This document shows positions 62,908 to 64,000 of a stretch of DNA of 64,000 bases, piece by piece (position 1 is the first letter of the stretch; the number at the start of each line of letters is the position of its first letter). The notes under the pieces are model-generated. The model was not told the DNA's origin. It did not search any database and was given only the letters and a program-made list of their open reading frames with translations. A program made the position numbers and the translations under genes. Origin of the DNA: Octopus vulgaris (Eukaryota); NCBI GenBank assembly GCA_951406725.2, contig OX597815.1:4154001-4218000 (forward strand), read 5' to 3'.

Positions 62908-64000
62908 CAGACACATGTGTACGAAGACAAATGTTCATACATCCAGCCAGCCAGCCAGCCAGCCATACATACATGCATATATAAATACATGAGAAGTATA
63001 CGCCTCTGATATGCAGTTAGTTTTGTGTATATAAAAGTCTTGTATAATTTCCTCAGAGAGGAGTTTCATGGAAAATATATATAAAATAGAAAAGAAAGAC
63101 CAAAAACTAAAGTTACAACAGAATGGAAGAATGACATTAACGAATTAAAAAGGATGTACAAAACAAACGGGGAAAATGGAATGAAAGAATGACACTGAAA
63201 AAAAAAACATGACTAAACAGACATAACAAATGGTATAGCGGAATAAAAGAATGACACAAAAGGGAAACAGAATGAAAAGAAAGGGAGCAACTAAAAAACG
63301 AAAAGAGAAAATATAAATAATAATAATAATAATAGACGCCAAGAGGAAAGAAAAGAATAATAGAATGAGTGCATAATAAAATAAGAGAATAATGTAACAG
63401 AATAGAAAATAAAAACGATGATAAACTTTAGAATAACAAAAGGAGGAGAAAAGAGAATGAAATTTGTTTTTTTCTTTTTGAAGGCATAAAGTTAAAAATG
63501 TAAAATAATTATATAACGTAATAATAGAATGAGAGAAAGTTTGGAAGGGAAAGAAGATTTAAGGATAGAAGGGAGAAGGAGAAAGATGTTTTTTTAATAG
63601 GGAAGAGCAATTGTCGTAAACACTAACAAAATAACGAAAGGGCAAAAAAAAAAAAAAAAATGAAGAAAGGCAGACGACATCAGATGTAAAACAAATGTGA
63701 AGACAAAACTATGTCGGATGGAAGTAAAGGTTCATCAGATGAAAGAAAAATGTTGAGTAATTATTGAAAATAAAGGCGGTTTATATTTATGTGTTTTATC
63801 GTTATTTTTGACTATGAGGCTAAGAAGATCGTTTTGCAACCACATGGCTTTGAGTTCACTCAGTTTGCAAGACGGCACCAGGGGCAGGTGTCTTCTAATG
63901 TCACTCTGGAAAAGGAATTTGGTACATGGAAACTGTACTTGTTTCAGTCATTTGACTGCGGCCATGCTGGAGCACTGCTTTTAGTCGAGCAAGTCGACCC

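Overview
Repeat-dense, AT-rich, non-coding eukaryotic DNA. It is most likely from an octopus/coleoid cephalopod; this is inferred from SINE families I recall, not from a search. No host protein-coding gene is supported. Nearly all listed ORFs are microsatellite or tandem-repeat artefacts or decayed transposon fragments. The window holds (i) dozens of tRNA-derived SINE copies in at least 4 families; (ii) many 3' ends of an RTE-clade LINE whose 3' UTR contains ~67-bp repeats, amplified into a satellite at 1-1690; (iii) relics of R4/Dong-like (RLE), CR1-group and RTE LINEs, Penelope-like elements (GIY-YIG), Tc1/mariner, hAT, Helitron and Helentron-type elements; and (iv) abundant microsatellites. 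The most notable signal is a set of at least 6 unrelated short non-coding elements carrying minimal type I hammerhead-ribozyme motifs, several with the U3-A8 core covariant. Many sit in or beside microsatellites and form long fold-back (inverted-repeat) structures. One has a tRNA/Pol III head, making it a candidate SINE-hammerhead element probably mobilised by Penelope-like retrotransposons. All ribozyme calls come from manual folding. Coordinates of degenerate repeats are approximate.
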